IMG/VR virus record: IMGVR_UViG_3300046373_000039
Span: 20,284-84,283 of that record
From: a virus
Direction: 5' to 3' (one strand)
DNA: 64,000 nucleotides
Shown here piece after piece: positions 28,374 through 37,943 of the stretch (positions are counted from its first letter, which is position 1; each line of letters opens with the position of its first letter). Below the pieces are notes generated by a model. The model was not told where the DNA came from, made no database searches, and saw only the letters and a list, made by a program, of their open reading frames with translations. Both the position numbers and the translations under genes were made by a program.

Positions 28374-30236
28374 TTATTGTTTCACTGGGAATTGAACATT
28401 TACTTGATCAAATGATTGTACAAACATGTTTGCAACAGCTTCACCAATAGCTTGTGCTTGTGCATTGGCATCCATACCTTGTAGGGTTGACCCGTCCACA
28501 TTAACTTCAATATTGATTTCGTTACTGTTGTTATTAACAATACCCATAGCCTTATCTTCAGCAGCAGCTTTAGCCATTTCAGCTTGTTGGTCATCATAAC
28601 CAGCGGCGTCATGGTAGTACAAAGAGTTTGGGTCTTCGTAGACAGCCCTACCTCGTTCACGAGCTTTATTTAAGTTAACACCAGTATTATTGATGATATC
28701 GCCAAAGATAGCAGCAGGAGAAGCATACTCCATCCCAAATAAACTTGCTTTCTCTGTAGCACTATTGTTTGTTGGCTCTGTAGGAAGAGCCCCACTTTTC
28801 CACTTTTGAAATTCAGCTATTGCATTCATAATAGAAGCAATTTCTTTGGCGGTTGACTCTAGAGTGGGTAAGAAGTCAAATTTAATAGAAGATATGTCTG
28901 TAAATATTTGTTGAATATTTTTCCAATCTTCTTGTAGTTGTTTTGTTTTATCAATACCCAACCAGTCAGAAACTACACTATCTTTACCCTCTAGCGCCCT
29001 AATAAAAGACTGCGGGAAAAGGAGCAAATCATCGGCCCATTTGGTGGCTTCATTGAAGCCCTCAGCAAGAGTCCTTACTAGGCCATTGCTTTCACTTAAG
29101 CCCGCTGAAAGTGTGCGAAATATACGGGCAAAACCTTCTTCTACACCTGAGTTTGAAGCTATCACTGCAAGATCAGTTACAGTATTTTGGTACTTAGCTT
29201 GTTCCGCTTGCGAGGCAGCGGAGGCAGCTCCAATTCCCGGAGCTGCTTTTTGTGATGCAATGTTAGCTGCTACATTAAGGATATCACCACGAACTAGACC
29301 TTTCTTCATTGCAGCTTCAAGAGCAATTATTGCTTCAGAACCCGTCAGCTTTCCGCCTGTCTGTTGCTGGTACGCCTGCGCGAAAATATCTTTAGCTCCT
29401 GGCAAGCTATTACCAAGCTGTTTCGTCAATTCTTCGGCTTGAAGTTTATCCTTACCTGCGACTTGACTGAGTGCGTTGAACACTAACTTCTGTCTTTCGG
29501 CACTTAGTTTTTGCACCCTACCATATTCAGAAAACCCTTTAAAAATATTCCGAGCTTGAGCATTGGTTCCACCAGCACCAATAATATTTGCAGTTAGATT
29601 ATTAAAATCCCCCGATGCTTGGAGATAATTGAAGCCTACGCGATTTGCTTGGTTTCGCAGCCACTCAAAGTTCTGCTTACCTTCTTCAACAGTACCACCG
29701 TTTGCTGTAGACACAGCCTGAGTTTGTAATTGAGCTGCAACAACCTCTTGGTTTCTTTTATTTAGGGCGCCAAGCCCATAGCCCCCTAATCCTAGCGCAA
29801 GTGCTGGGCCAAATAGATTAGGCATTCCGCGAAGACCGCCTACACCTCCTGCGACGGCACCAGCGGCAAGTCCCTGTCTTCCCGAACCAACACCCGTCCT
29901 GACATTTGGTCTGATAGTGGCAGCTTCACCAGCAACACGGGTTGCTTGAATCGTGGCCGCAGTCATTACTCTGTTAAGATGTTGCTGATTCACATCAAAA
30001 CGACTAATCTCAAACACTAGCCTAGAGGAAGCTATATCTAACGCATTACCTAAGGCTATATTCAACCGGCGTTGGTCTACATCAAATCTTCCAAGTGATA
30101 AAGTTATTGGTGTGTTTGCAAACTTACCTAACTTCTTTAGTCGATTCTCAACATGATCAAGGGCCTTGTCAACTTTCTTAACGGAAGATTTATCAAGCTC
30201 AATCCCCATGCTGGCAAAGTACTTACTAATCTGCAA
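28374..30236 (-). CDS. tape measure protein
   Basis: ALSQVAGKDKLQAEELTKQLGNSLPGA tape-measure motif; Ala/Gly-rich; follows the chaperone pair. Confidence 0.9.
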   Translation of the reverse strand: MQISKYFASMGIELDKSSVKKVDKALDHVENRLKKLGKFANTPITLSLGRFDVDQRRLNIALGNALDIASSRLVFEISRFDVNQQHLNRVMTAATIQATRVAGEAATIRPNVRTGVGSGRQGLAAGAVAGGVGGLRGMPNLFGPALALGLGGYGLGALNKRNQEVVAAQLQTQAVSTANGGTVEEGKQNFEWLRNQANRVGFNYLQASGDFNNLTANIIGAGGTNAQARNIFKGFSEYGRVQKLSAERQKLVFNALSQVAGKDKLQAEELTKQLGNSLPGAKDIFAQAYQQQTGGKLTGSEAIIALEAAMKKGLVRGDILNVAANIASQKAAPGIGAASAASQAEQAKYQNTVTDLAVIASNSGVEEGFARIFRTLSAGLSESNGLVRTLAEGFNEATKWADDLLLFPQSFIRALEGKDSVVSDWLGIDKTKQLQEDWKNIQQIFTDISSIKFDFLPTLESTAKEIASIMNAIAEFQKWKSGALPTEPTNNSATEKASLFGMEYASPAAIFGDIINNTGVNLNKARERGRAVYEDPNSLYYHDAAGYDDQQAEMAKAAAEDKAMGIVNNNSNEINIEVNVDGSTLQGMDANAQAQAIGEAVANMFVQSFDQVNVQFPVKQ

Positions 30237-30250
30237 TGTTCATTACTCCG

Positions 30251-30822
30251 TCATTTGGGTTTATTCTTTTCAGCCTTTGCTTTATTTATGGCTTGTTGAT
30301 TTAAAGAATCATACACATCAAGAATCTCCAGCTGTTTTAGCATCTGTCTTGTAGAGTATTTCCACTCCATTTCAGCAGCTAACCCAAGACCACCTTTCTC
30401 ATGCATCGCAATCCTATAAATGCTCCAAGGCTGAGAGAACGTCAAATCAATTTCTTTTTCTAAAGTCGTTGGTGGTGCTTTTCCCGATACAGATGTATCA
30501 ATTACTCTTCTGTATCGGGTGCCTGAAAAAGTTCTTCGAAGTTGAAATTCAGCACCTCTTTATACAGTTTGTTGAGGTGGGCATACTTACGAGAAAAGAA
30601 TACATCAAAGCTTTTCTCAGTAATTTGCATGTTGTCTTTAGAGACATAGTTACAGATGATTTGTTTCATCTGGCTAAGGTCTGCCTTACCTTCATCAATT
30701 GCTGCTTGATGCTTTTCAATAAACATCAAGCCTTTAGTTGCTGGCATAGCACTAACCAAATAGTCTACATCATCAACTGTAATAGTTGTTTGTTCCAATA
30801 CTTGAAATTGTGGAGCTGCCAT
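30251..30822 (-). CDS. tail assembly chaperone, long (-1 frameshift, G-T-like) product
   Basis: The -1 frame is open from the CTTTTTC site (30525-30531) into ORF 30251-30445. Confidence 0.75.
30502..30822 (-). CDS. tail assembly chaperone (G-like)
   Basis: 106 aa ORF between tube genes and tape measure, ending at a slippery site. Confidence 0.85.
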   Translation of the reverse strand: MAAPQFQVLEQTTITVDDVDYLVSAMPATKGLMFIEKHQAAIDEGKADLSQMKQIICNYVSKDNMQITEKSFDVFFSRKYAHLNKLYKEVLNFNFEELFQAPDTEE

Positions 30823-30843
30823 TTATTTTATCTCAGAATTAAA

Positions 30844-31341
30844 CTAAAAAATATTATCTATGAAATTGCCAGCCTCACTCAGTGCCCTGTCTAATAGGTC
30901 AGTTGCTGGTTTAGCATTTCCCCCGACAGTGTATGTGTCAGTAGTTTGTGCAAAGAATTCCCAATTCCGGTATTCAAACTGACCTGAGAATGTTGCTGTT
31001 GGATACCCTGTAATAAAAGCTTCATTGGAAGAAAATACACTTCGCCCAGATCTATCTTTTAACATCAAAGAAATTCTAGCAGTACCCTCATCTAAATCTA
31101 ATTCATGAATATATGAAAGTACATCATTTCCTTGAGAGCTTTGAAGCAGAGATATTGTGAGTGTCGCTGAAGTATCTACATTCCTTACACGAGTATTCTT
31201 GCCCCTAATACCCCTAACTACAGCAAATCCTTTAACTGTTCTTGAGATAGTAACACTTTGCCAGCCAGTTAATTGATAACCACCAATAGTAAGAACCACA
31301 TCTTTAGGGTTATAAGTTTGGACCGTAAAACCATTAGTCAT
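30844..31341 (-). CDS. tail tube-like protein (DUF3277 paralogue)
   Basis: TYNPKDV...LTISLLQSS..NDVL...LKDRSG. Confidence 0.8.
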   Translation of the reverse strand: MTNGFTVQTYNPKDVVLTIGGYQLTGWQSVTISRTVKGFAVVRGIRGKNTRVRNVDTSATLTISLLQSSQGNDVLSYIHELDLDEGTARISLMLKDRSGRSVFSSNEAFITGYPTATFSGQFEYRNWEFFAQTTDTYTVGGNAKPATDLLDRALSEAGNFIDNIF

Positions 31342-31838
31342 CAGAGTACACCCTCAATAATAGAAGCAGCACCTGATGCAAGGTTGATAAGTTCTTGTAG
31401 AATACCACTAGCGTCTTGGTTACTACCAATATTTATAACAGCTTGGGAGGATTTCAGTATCCAAGTACGAGTGTCAAAGTTTGTACTTTGAATCATATTA
31501 GGCACACCCTCAATCCAAGTGCTGGTAGAGAAGAAAAGGTCAGTCCCTGATAAATCCTTAATAAACAGAGGAAATTTACCAACCTGAGATAACTCATCTA
31601 GTTGCCAAAGCTTAGTTAGAATATCATTAGACGTGGAGCCACGATGGAAAGTTAGTGAAATCGTGTAGGTTTGACTATTAGTATATATCCTAGCAACTTG
31701 CCCATCTGTTGTTTCTGTGGAACCGTAGGCTACTTTATCTTTGCTTATGCTGATAAAAGTTCCATCAGCGAATCCATCTAAAGGTATACCGAAAGCAAGA
31801 CAATTGACAGCTTCTGGAGAGTAATTTGCTAATGTCAT
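31341..31838 (-). CDS. tail tube-like protein (DUF3277 paralogue)
   Basis: NYSPE...GFADGTFISI...SNDIL...IKDLSG. Confidence 0.8.
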   Translation of the reverse strand: MTLANYSPEAVNCLAFGIPLDGFADGTFISISKDKVAYGSTETTDGQVARIYTNSQTYTISLTFHRGSTSNDILTKLWQLDELSQVGKFPLFIKDLSGTDLFFSTSTWIEGVPNMIQSTNFDTRTWILKSSQAVINIGSNQDASGILQELINLASGAASIIEGVL

Positions 31839-31855
31839 TATTATTCCTTAAGTAC

Positions 31856-31876
31856 AAGGGGCCTTTCAGCCCCTAT
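31856..31876 (-). terminator. hairpin/terminator after the major tube gene
   Basis: Minus strand AGGGC-TGAAAG-GCCCCTTG hairpin. Confidence 0.5.
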
Positions 31877-31882
31877 TAGGCA

Positions 31883-32416
31883 TTAAGGATTCAACCGCCA
31901 GCGACTCTCAACCGTACCACCAGCAGCCTCAACAGCAGCCACTTCAGCAGGAGCCAGAGGGATATTACCACCAATAAACAAGTCGCTACCAAACAGATAG
32001 ATCTGCCAATCACGGGTAGAAGTTTCTGAACTAAACTCTACAGCAGGTGGTGCAGCGATGATAGCGCTGTTAGAAGAAACAACAGTCTGACCACTCAAAT
32101 CTTTGATGGTTACAGAAAAAACCCATGTATTATCTGTGGTTTGAGCATCAGCAATTTGAAGTTGTTGCAAAACAGTGTTTGATGGTGAATATTGATGCAA
32201 AGTAACATCAACAGTCATACCAGTTACTTTACGCTTAACTCGACCGAATGAATTAGAAGTGCCAACACCCTGATAGGGGGTAGAACTTGGAACCAAGCGG
32301 TTCATTGAAACGAAAGTACCGTCTGCAAAACCGCTTACAGTGTGTACAAAGTCACCTTTCGAAATAACAATTGTAAAATCGTCAGGGGAGTAGTTACCAA
32401 TATAATTTGAAGCCAT
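31883..32416 (-). CDS. major tail tube protein (DUF3277)
   Basis: NYSPDD...SGFADGTFV...LHQYSPSN.VL...IKDLSG; first tube gene after the sheath. Confidence 0.85.
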   Translation of the reverse strand: MASNYIGNYSPDDFTIVISKGDFVHTVSGFADGTFVSMNRLVPSSTPYQGVGTSNSFGRVKRKVTGMTVDVTLHQYSPSNTVLQQLQIADAQTTDNTWVFSVTIKDLSGQTVVSSNSAIIAAPPAVEFSSETSTRDWQIYLFGSDLFIGGNIPLAPAEVAAVEAAGGTVESRWRLNP

Positions 32417-32418
32417 TG

Positions 32419-33297
32419 TTAATTTTCCTGTGTTGCCCAGCTAAAACCGGGTGTATTATTCTTGAGACGGTTATAAATCATCTTCTTAGTAAACTCAGTA
32501 TTTCTAGCCGCTTCTAAGATAGAGCCGTAGACAACACCGTTTATTTCTACAGGTTTAGACCTGTGATGGGCAAATCCAGTCCTTCCGAACATATGATTTT
32601 CTTCACCTTTTTGACCCTTAGGTCTCCCACATTGCTCTATAAAACCATCCCTAATTCTTTTATATAAAGCACTTTTCTTTTGACCTAAATAATTAGCGGC
32701 TCTAGTCAATGTATCAAACCAAAATCCTGCAACATATGTTGGTATTTCAATGGAATCTTTACGCGGTTTAAAGGTACGTTGTGTATGTCCTAAGTTACCG
32801 TCTCTACGCCACTTGTGAAGTTGCGTTATATTTACAGATAACGCAATGGAAGCATCTTCTAGATGAGGAAACCAGAAGCCAGATACATAGTGCGGGTCAT
32901 ATTCTTTTCTTCGACCAATCACTATTCCCTTATTCCAAGCCACGTTCTCCGAATGGTATTTGTTAAGCCCTTCTGAAATTTTAACTTTCATCTCATTCGA
33001 CAAAAGTATTGCTCCAGTTTTAGGGTTTCCCAAAATCAGGTTGTAACCCTCTTCTATAGAGTTGTATGCAACAATAGCCTTCTCTTCTAGATCAAGGATA
33101 TAAGACTCTTCTCCTACACACAATATAACATACTCAAAATTCTCCGAACGGTATTTTTGGATAGAGTTTCTAAGTTTCGTGCAAGTTGAGTACGGACTGC
33201 AATGCTCTTTAAATCTTGTGTCTGGTCTACACGTCATACCAATATAAACTTTCTGATTTATTTTATTAGTAATCTTGTATAAGTAAAATTTACGCAT
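32419..33297 (-). CDS. GIY-YIG homing endonuclease with NUMOD-type repeats
   Basis: YLYKITNKINQKVYIGMT...RFKEH; GYNL; C-terminal KPVEINGVVYGSILEAAR; GGGAGG SD before ATG 33297. Confidence 0.92.
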   Translation of the reverse strand: MRKFYLYKITNKINQKVYIGMTCRPDTRFKEHCSPYSTCTKLRNSIQKYRSENFEYVILCVGEESYILDLEEKAIVAYNSIEEGYNLILGNPKTGAILLSNEMKVKISEGLNKYHSENVAWNKGIVIGRRKEYDPHYVSGFWFPHLEDASIALSVNITQLHKWRRDGNLGHTQRTFKPRKDSIEIPTYVAGFWFDTLTRAANYLGQKKSALYKRIRDGFIEQCGRPKGQKGEENHMFGRTGFAHHRSKPVEINGVVYGSILEAARNTEFTKKMIYNRLKNNTPGFSWATQEN

Positions 33298-33323
33298 TAA
33301 AACCTCCCAGTAAATAAATATTG

Positions 33324-33352
33324 ATTTTACCACATGAGAGGTTTTAACACAA
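33324..33352 (-). promoter_or_regulatory. internal sigma70-like promoter for the GIY-YIG gene
   Basis: TTGTGT-N17-TAAAAT with extended TG. Confidence 0.55.
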
Positions 33353-33358
33353 GGCATT

Positions 33359-34651
33359 TTATACACTAAGGTAGAACTGAATGTCCACAGATCTAATCGC
33401 ACCAGCAAGACGTGCTCTAATGACAAATACACCAGCAGCACGTTGAGCACGTAGTGTTGGGCTGATTGACAGCACAGGAGGAGTTTGCACAGTCCAGCCA
33501 GAATCAATCATGCCATTGTTTTCAGCCAGAGATAGCACAGAACGAATTTCGTTCTCTACAATCAAAAGGCCTGGATCAGTCATAGGAATTTTAAGGCTGT
33601 TAATGATACGGAAATAAATACCTTCCTGAAGTCTGGCTTTTAGCCAATCTTTAGAAATCTGAATATCAATAGGTTTTCCGTCAAACATGTTACCGTCTTG
33701 GAATACATCAACACCACCTTTACGGCGGAAAAAGTTCCATGATTTAGCACGCAAGTTAACAATCTGGCTAGGGCTCAAGATACTTCGAGTAACACCGGCA
33801 GCACGCTTAAAGTCCCAATCGTTTGAGCCAGGAGTTACAGCCAATTGACTACCGGACCATGCCGCTTCTGGAAACTCGGTTGCAGCAGTTGCAGACCAAG
33901 CACCGAAAGTCCGACCAGCGGACTTAGCATTAAGTTTGTAACCAATGTCTGTAACACCGGCAGTCGGCGCTACTACATCAGCAGAGGAAAGACCATAGAT
34001 CTTATCCATGGCTTGAATAGTATCAGACAAAGCCTCTTGTTCAGCTACAACCTGTGTTTCAGCGAGAAGCTCATACCATACGTCATTTTCAGCATCAACT
34101 GCCAACAGCGCATCCGGCCAAGTTTCAGTTGGGGTAGCATTGGTTAGTGTCACATTAGACGAACTTGTCAGACTCCAAGCACTACCAGGCGTAGTTGGAG
34201 CTACTGTGAAAGTCCCATCCAAGTTATCGGTAAAACTAATACCTGTAGGAGAACCAACAGCAGTATCGAGACCTGCAACAATTTCAATAGCAGTTGCAGA
34301 AGCATCAGAAGTAAAGGTGTAGGTAGTCCCATTAATGCTAATGGAATATACTGTTGAGTTAGCAACAGTTACTGTACCAGTAACGCTATTTACTTGACGA
34401 CGACCAATAACTAAAGAAGGAATTGGAGCACCGATTACAGAGTCTTGACCGAACGCTTTACTAGCCATTTTATAGACATTGCTAGTAGTGGGAAAATCAG
34501 CGCCTACTTCATTGATAGTCAAGTACGTACGAGCACGTTCAGCAAAATTAGTGAAGGTGGCAAGAATGAGGGGAATTGCAAAAGAAGCCGTAGCGATTGC
34601 AGTAGTCTGATCGGTAATAACTACCCTAACTACATCATCTAAATCACTCAT
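33359..34651 (-). CDS. tail sheath protein (DUF3383)
   Basis: PGSNDWDFK..GV, DWLKARLQE, KIPMTDPG, RAQR...ARLAGAIRSV. Confidence 0.93.
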   Translation of the reverse strand: MSDLDDVVRVVITDQTTAIATASFAIPLILATFTNFAERARTYLTINEVGADFPTTSNVYKMASKAFGQDSVIGAPIPSLVIGRRQVNSVTGTVTVANSTVYSISINGTTYTFTSDASATAIEIVAGLDTAVGSPTGISFTDNLDGTFTVAPTTPGSAWSLTSSSNVTLTNATPTETWPDALLAVDAENDVWYELLAETQVVAEQEALSDTIQAMDKIYGLSSADVVAPTAGVTDIGYKLNAKSAGRTFGAWSATAATEFPEAAWSGSQLAVTPGSNDWDFKRAAGVTRSILSPSQIVNLRAKSWNFFRRKGGVDVFQDGNMFDGKPIDIQISKDWLKARLQEGIYFRIINSLKIPMTDPGLLIVENEIRSVLSLAENNGMIDSGWTVQTPPVLSISPTLRAQRAAGVFVIRARLAGAIRSVDIQFYLSV

Positions 34652-34684
34652 ATTTTATTATGATCCTTAATTATGTAGCGATTG

Positions 34685-35224
34685 CTACGGGTAAATAATA
34701 CTTTCTGGAATTTTTATAATTACTGGAATCTCTGAAGTTTCGTCAGCAATGACTACACCATCAACAGAGTCAATAAGTTGGTTTGTAACAACAATATAGC
34801 TAAAAGTCACGTCCATGTTATGGTATTCAACCCACTTTGTATCTGGTTTTTGAGGTGCCCTACGAATCTGACTCTTCCTCATAAAACCTAATCTGTTTCT
34901 GTTCAATTCCAACCGTGTAAGGGGATTGTTATTGACATTGTTGTTAAAGCTTTGTGACATCTCACCACTCAAGTTACCGATAAAACTAAACTGACACATT
35001 ATTTCATATGCAACTTGAAATGTTAGTGTTTCATCAGTATTAACTAAAGTTGATGTGCTATGATGTCCTTGTTGCTCATCATTCAAAACATTGATCACAA
35101 CATAACTAACAGAGGGTTCTGGTCCATTCTCATGACTGAAAATAACCATCGGATTAGTAAACTCTGACAAAGCTGCAATAGCACTTGTGCGGATGGCTTG
35201 TTTCAAGTCTGTAAATATAGCCAT
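34685..35224 (-). CDS. tail terminator/neck protein
   Basis: Position immediately upstream of the sheath; about 180 aa. Confidence 0.7.
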   Translation of the reverse strand: MAIFTDLKQAIRTSAIAALSEFTNPMVIFSHENGPEPSVSYVVINVLNDEQQGHHSTSTLVNTDETLTFQVAYEIMCQFSFIGNLSGEMSQSFNNNVNNNPLTRLELNRNRLGFMRKSQIRRAPQKPDTKWVEYHNMDVTFSYIVVTNQLIDSVDGVVIADETSEIPVIIKIPESIIYP

Positions 35225-35706
35225 CAATTACTTCCTTTATTATCTACTTTAAACTCAATAGAGTTGTACAGCGTATCAGAATCTCTCAGAGGATCATTAA
35301 ATCCTTTTTCAGCAACAGTAAACGGAGAGTTAGGCGGTGTATCCCAGTCAGCAACAGCTTTCTTAAGATCAGCCTTGGCCTGTACACCAATCCTTGTATA
35401 CTCTTGTTTAAAGGTAGACTTTCCTTCGGCAATTCTCTGCATACTATCTACAAAGAGTTTGTCATAAGACCCTTTCTTTATAGGTGCCATAAACCCAACA
35501 CGAATAGCTGGGCGGGTGGGGATATTCTTAGCTGGTAATCCTTCTTCTTGCCACTGCCACACTTGTGCTACAGCTAAGTTATCATTATCAGAACCATAAT
35601 TTACAGGCTCTACAATTCCAACCTGAACCTCTTGACCAGAAGCTTTGAGAAGATCCTTTTTCATCTTATCCCATACAGAAGTATCTACTTTTAATGTAAA
35701 CGCCAT
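35224..35706 (-). CDS. neck/tail completion protein
   Basis: VQVG, EEG..NIPTRP, PPNSPFT..KGFNDPLRDS.TLYNSI. Confidence 0.8.
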   Translation of the reverse strand: MAFTLKVDTSVWDKMKKDLLKASGQEVQVGIVEPVNYGSDNDNLAVAQVWQWQEEGLPAKNIPTRPAIRVGFMAPIKKGSYDKLFVDSMQRIAEGKSTFKQEYTRIGVQAKADLKKAVADWDTPPNSPFTVAEKGFNDPLRDSDTLYNSIEFKVDNKGSN

Positions 35707-35715
35707 AGATACTCC

Positions 35716-36084
35716 TTAGTTTGGTGTCAATTCCACGCGGGCACATTTGGCCTCATAGTGATCCCGGACGCCCATTGAAAACTTTTGAGTTTTCATAACT
35801 TCGTACCAATCACCATCCCAAAGAAACCTATCTGCACCATACCCTTCAGTACCTTCCTTCTTAGATCTAACTAAATCAGCTGTAAACAACCACATCCAAC
35901 TTTTAGTTCTATCAGCTTCTGGTAGAAGGTACACTTGGTAATCCGAAAAAGGGTGAACGTTAGCTTGTATTGTTACAGCTACTTCATCTCCCTCTACCCA
36001 ACGACCTTTTACATATGATCCTTCAGAATGACGTACAATGCTTACATGTGTTTTTCTAACTAAAGAAAAATCTGCTATTGTCAT
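35716..36084 (-). CDS. head-closure / head-tail joining protein
   Basis: GSYVKGRWVEG...ANVHP...LLPEADR...AD..WDG.WYEV. Confidence 0.75.
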   Translation of the reverse strand: MTIADFSLVRKTHVSIVRHSEGSYVKGRWVEGDEVAVTIQANVHPFSDYQVYLLPEADRTKSWMWLFTADLVRSKKEGTEGYGADRFLWDGDWYEVMKTQKFSMGVRDHYEAKCARVELTPN

Positions 36085-36557
36085 AACCACTGACCTCTTT
36101 CATAGAAAGAGTTTATGTAGAAATCATATCCTTCATTATTCCACAGATAATGATTATAAGGGCATCCTGCAATTCTTGGTAAACAAAGTCTTACGTTGTC
36201 TCTGTTTATATTATTCTTCCACATATCTGATCTAGAAATACCACCAGCATATGGCATACCTACATAGAGAGAACTTTCACCTTTATCAATCAGATCATCT
36301 AAAGCTGCTGAGTAAAGTTTAGCAAAATCACTCCAAACTTCGTAGTGACCCGCCTTCTCTCTTGTAGGGGATTTAGCAATTTGAAACTTAATGACTTTAG
36401 CAGCTGCGATAGCTGCTAGCATCTCATCACCTTCATACTTATCTAGGTAATATTGATAAGTACTGTCGTCCAAGATTTCAAAGTCAGAAAATACATCGCC
36501 AACTAGTAACCTTACACGATCTATTAGATTTGTTGTTGGATCCCCCGTGAAAGGCAT
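36081..36557 (-). CDS. head-tail adaptor protein
   Basis: DRVRLLVGD...ILDD; PYAGGIS; position after the MCP. Confidence 0.78.
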   Translation of the reverse strand: MPFTGDPTTNLIDRVRLLVGDVFSDFEILDDSTYQYYLDKYEGDEMLAAIAAAKVIKFQIAKSPTREKAGHYEVWSDFAKLYSAALDDLIDKGESSLYVGMPYAGGISRSDMWKNNINRDNVRLCLPRIAGCPYNHYLWNNEGYDFYINSFYERGQWL

Positions 36558-36568
36558 AGTTGGTTTCC

Positions 36569-36754
36569 TTAAACTTTAAGTGCAGCGATTAGTTCATTAA
36601 CTTTTGCAACAGTCGTTGGCAAGTCTGCGCCACCAGCAAGTGGAGCTACGTTGGCAGGTTTAGTTGCCTGACCTGTACCAATGTCCACAAGCAGTTTACG
36701 CAAAGCAAACCAAAAACCACCACGCTGATAGTCGGGTTTTAATTCCAGAGCCAT
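36569..36754 (-). CDS. small head-fibre-like protein
   Basis: VAPLAGGADLPTTVAKVNELIAALK head-fibre motif. Confidence 0.7.
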   Translation of the reverse strand: MALELKPDYQRGGFWFALRKLLVDIGTGQATKPANVAPLAGGADLPTTVAKVNELIAALKV

Positions 36755-36775
36755 TTTTTATTCCTTCTTTAATAA

Positions 36776-36801
36776 AGTACAGAGGGGATTTCTCCCCTCA
36801 T
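36776..36801 (-). terminator. terminator after the major capsid gene
   Basis: Minus strand GAGGGGA-GAAA-TCCCCTC followed by TGTACTTT. Confidence 0.7.
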
Positions 36802-36817
36802 AAAGTTAACCTAACTC

Positions 36818-37921
36818 TTATGGAGTATAAGGTTGAACTGGTACAGTACCTGTTGGCAGGTAAGCAACTACGATTTCTTGTGGACGAGATACGAAGTTCA
36901 AGAGGTTACTTTCAGTCTCGATTTCGATAATTTCGTCTTTAGGGTCACGGAATTCCCAAGCATAAGAAGCCTGTGCAACAGTGTTTACAGTGCTAAACTT
37001 ATTAGGGGTAGCGTAGTAAGTTGTGAACAGGTCTTGTACACCCAGTGGCAGGAAGTAAGCTTGGCCTTCTGGGATGAAGGTAGTACCGGCTTGTGGACGA
37101 ACTTCGTAGAAGGTTACACCTTGGTATTCGAAGCTACGATACAGAACACCTTGGTCACCAGGAACCAGACCACCAACTTGACGGTTCAACAGCAGGTTGG
37201 AAGTACCACCAGCAAGTTGAGCTTTCAGAATATCAGTGATATAAGGATTGTTGATCAGTGCTTGGAAATAAGTAGGTGAGCACAGAGCAATGAAACGGTT
37301 AACAACTTCGCCAGATTGCAGATTGTCTTGCAGAGCAGCGACAACGTTGTTAATCATAGCATCAGGAGTGGTGGATGCAACAAGATCAGTTACGATCTGA
37401 GTACGAGAAACACCGAACTGCTGATAGAAGTTCTGGGTCACTGTGCCACGAGGTGCATACACACCACCAGTGGTGATCAGGTTGAAACGGGACACTTCAC
37501 GAACCCATGCGTGAGCCTTACGGGCTTTAGCAAGTTTACGTTGGCGTACTGCTTCGATAGTTTCCAGATCATTGCCTTGGTACACTTGAGCCCATGCAGC
37601 AATACCTTCAACATCTTGTGGAGTGATTGCATAAGAAGCTGGGAAGTGTGGAACATCAATACGAAGGTATTGTTTGTTATCTGGGGTCAGAGTTTGTGAC
37701 TTTTCACCCCAGTTGTAGTCTTGTAGAGCACCACTAAGTACTTCAGTGTATACTGGAACCAGAGCATGTTTCTGGGTCAGGAATACATCTTCGAACAGGC
37801 CAAGTTGGTCCATAAGAAAGAAGCGGTTAGGGATTACGTTAATTGGTTGTGTGATTTCGATACGAAGGTTGGCGTTAGCCGGATCGAAAGCAAGAGCTTT
37901 GCTCAGGAATTGCTCAGACAT
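36818..37921 (-). CDS. major capsid protein (lambda gpE-like family)
   Basis: INVIPNRF..QLGLF, PHF...ITPQDV, YATPN..VNT, ETESN.L..RP. Confidence 0.92.
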   Translation of the reverse strand: MSEQFLSKALAFDPANANLRIEITQPINVIPNRFFLMDQLGLFEDVFLTQKHALVPVYTEVLSGALQDYNWGEKSQTLTPDNKQYLRIDVPHFPASYAITPQDVEGIAAWAQVYQGNDLETIEAVRQRKLAKARKAHAWVREVSRFNLITTGGVYAPRGTVTQNFYQQFGVSRTQIVTDLVASTTPDAMINNVVAALQDNLQSGEVVNRFIALCSPTYFQALINNPYITDILKAQLAGGTSNLLLNRQVGGLVPGDQGVLYRSFEYQGVTFYEVRPQAGTTFIPEGQAYFLPLGVQDLFTTYYATPNKFSTVNTVAQASYAWEFRDPKDEIIEIETESNLLNFVSRPQEIVVAYLPTGTVPVQPYTP

Positions 37922-37943
37922 TATATTTTTCCTTAGATAATTA

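Noticed and set aside
32419-33358. Possible group I intron carrying the endonuclease
   Set aside because: The flanking sheath and tube genes both look complete and there is too little non-coding space for an intron core. It is a free-standing homing endonuclease.
33298-33507. ORF-track N-terminal extension of the GIY-YIG gene
   Set aside because: It overlaps the sheath gene in another frame. The real start is ATG 33297, with a GGGAGG SD and the GIY-YIG motif right after it.
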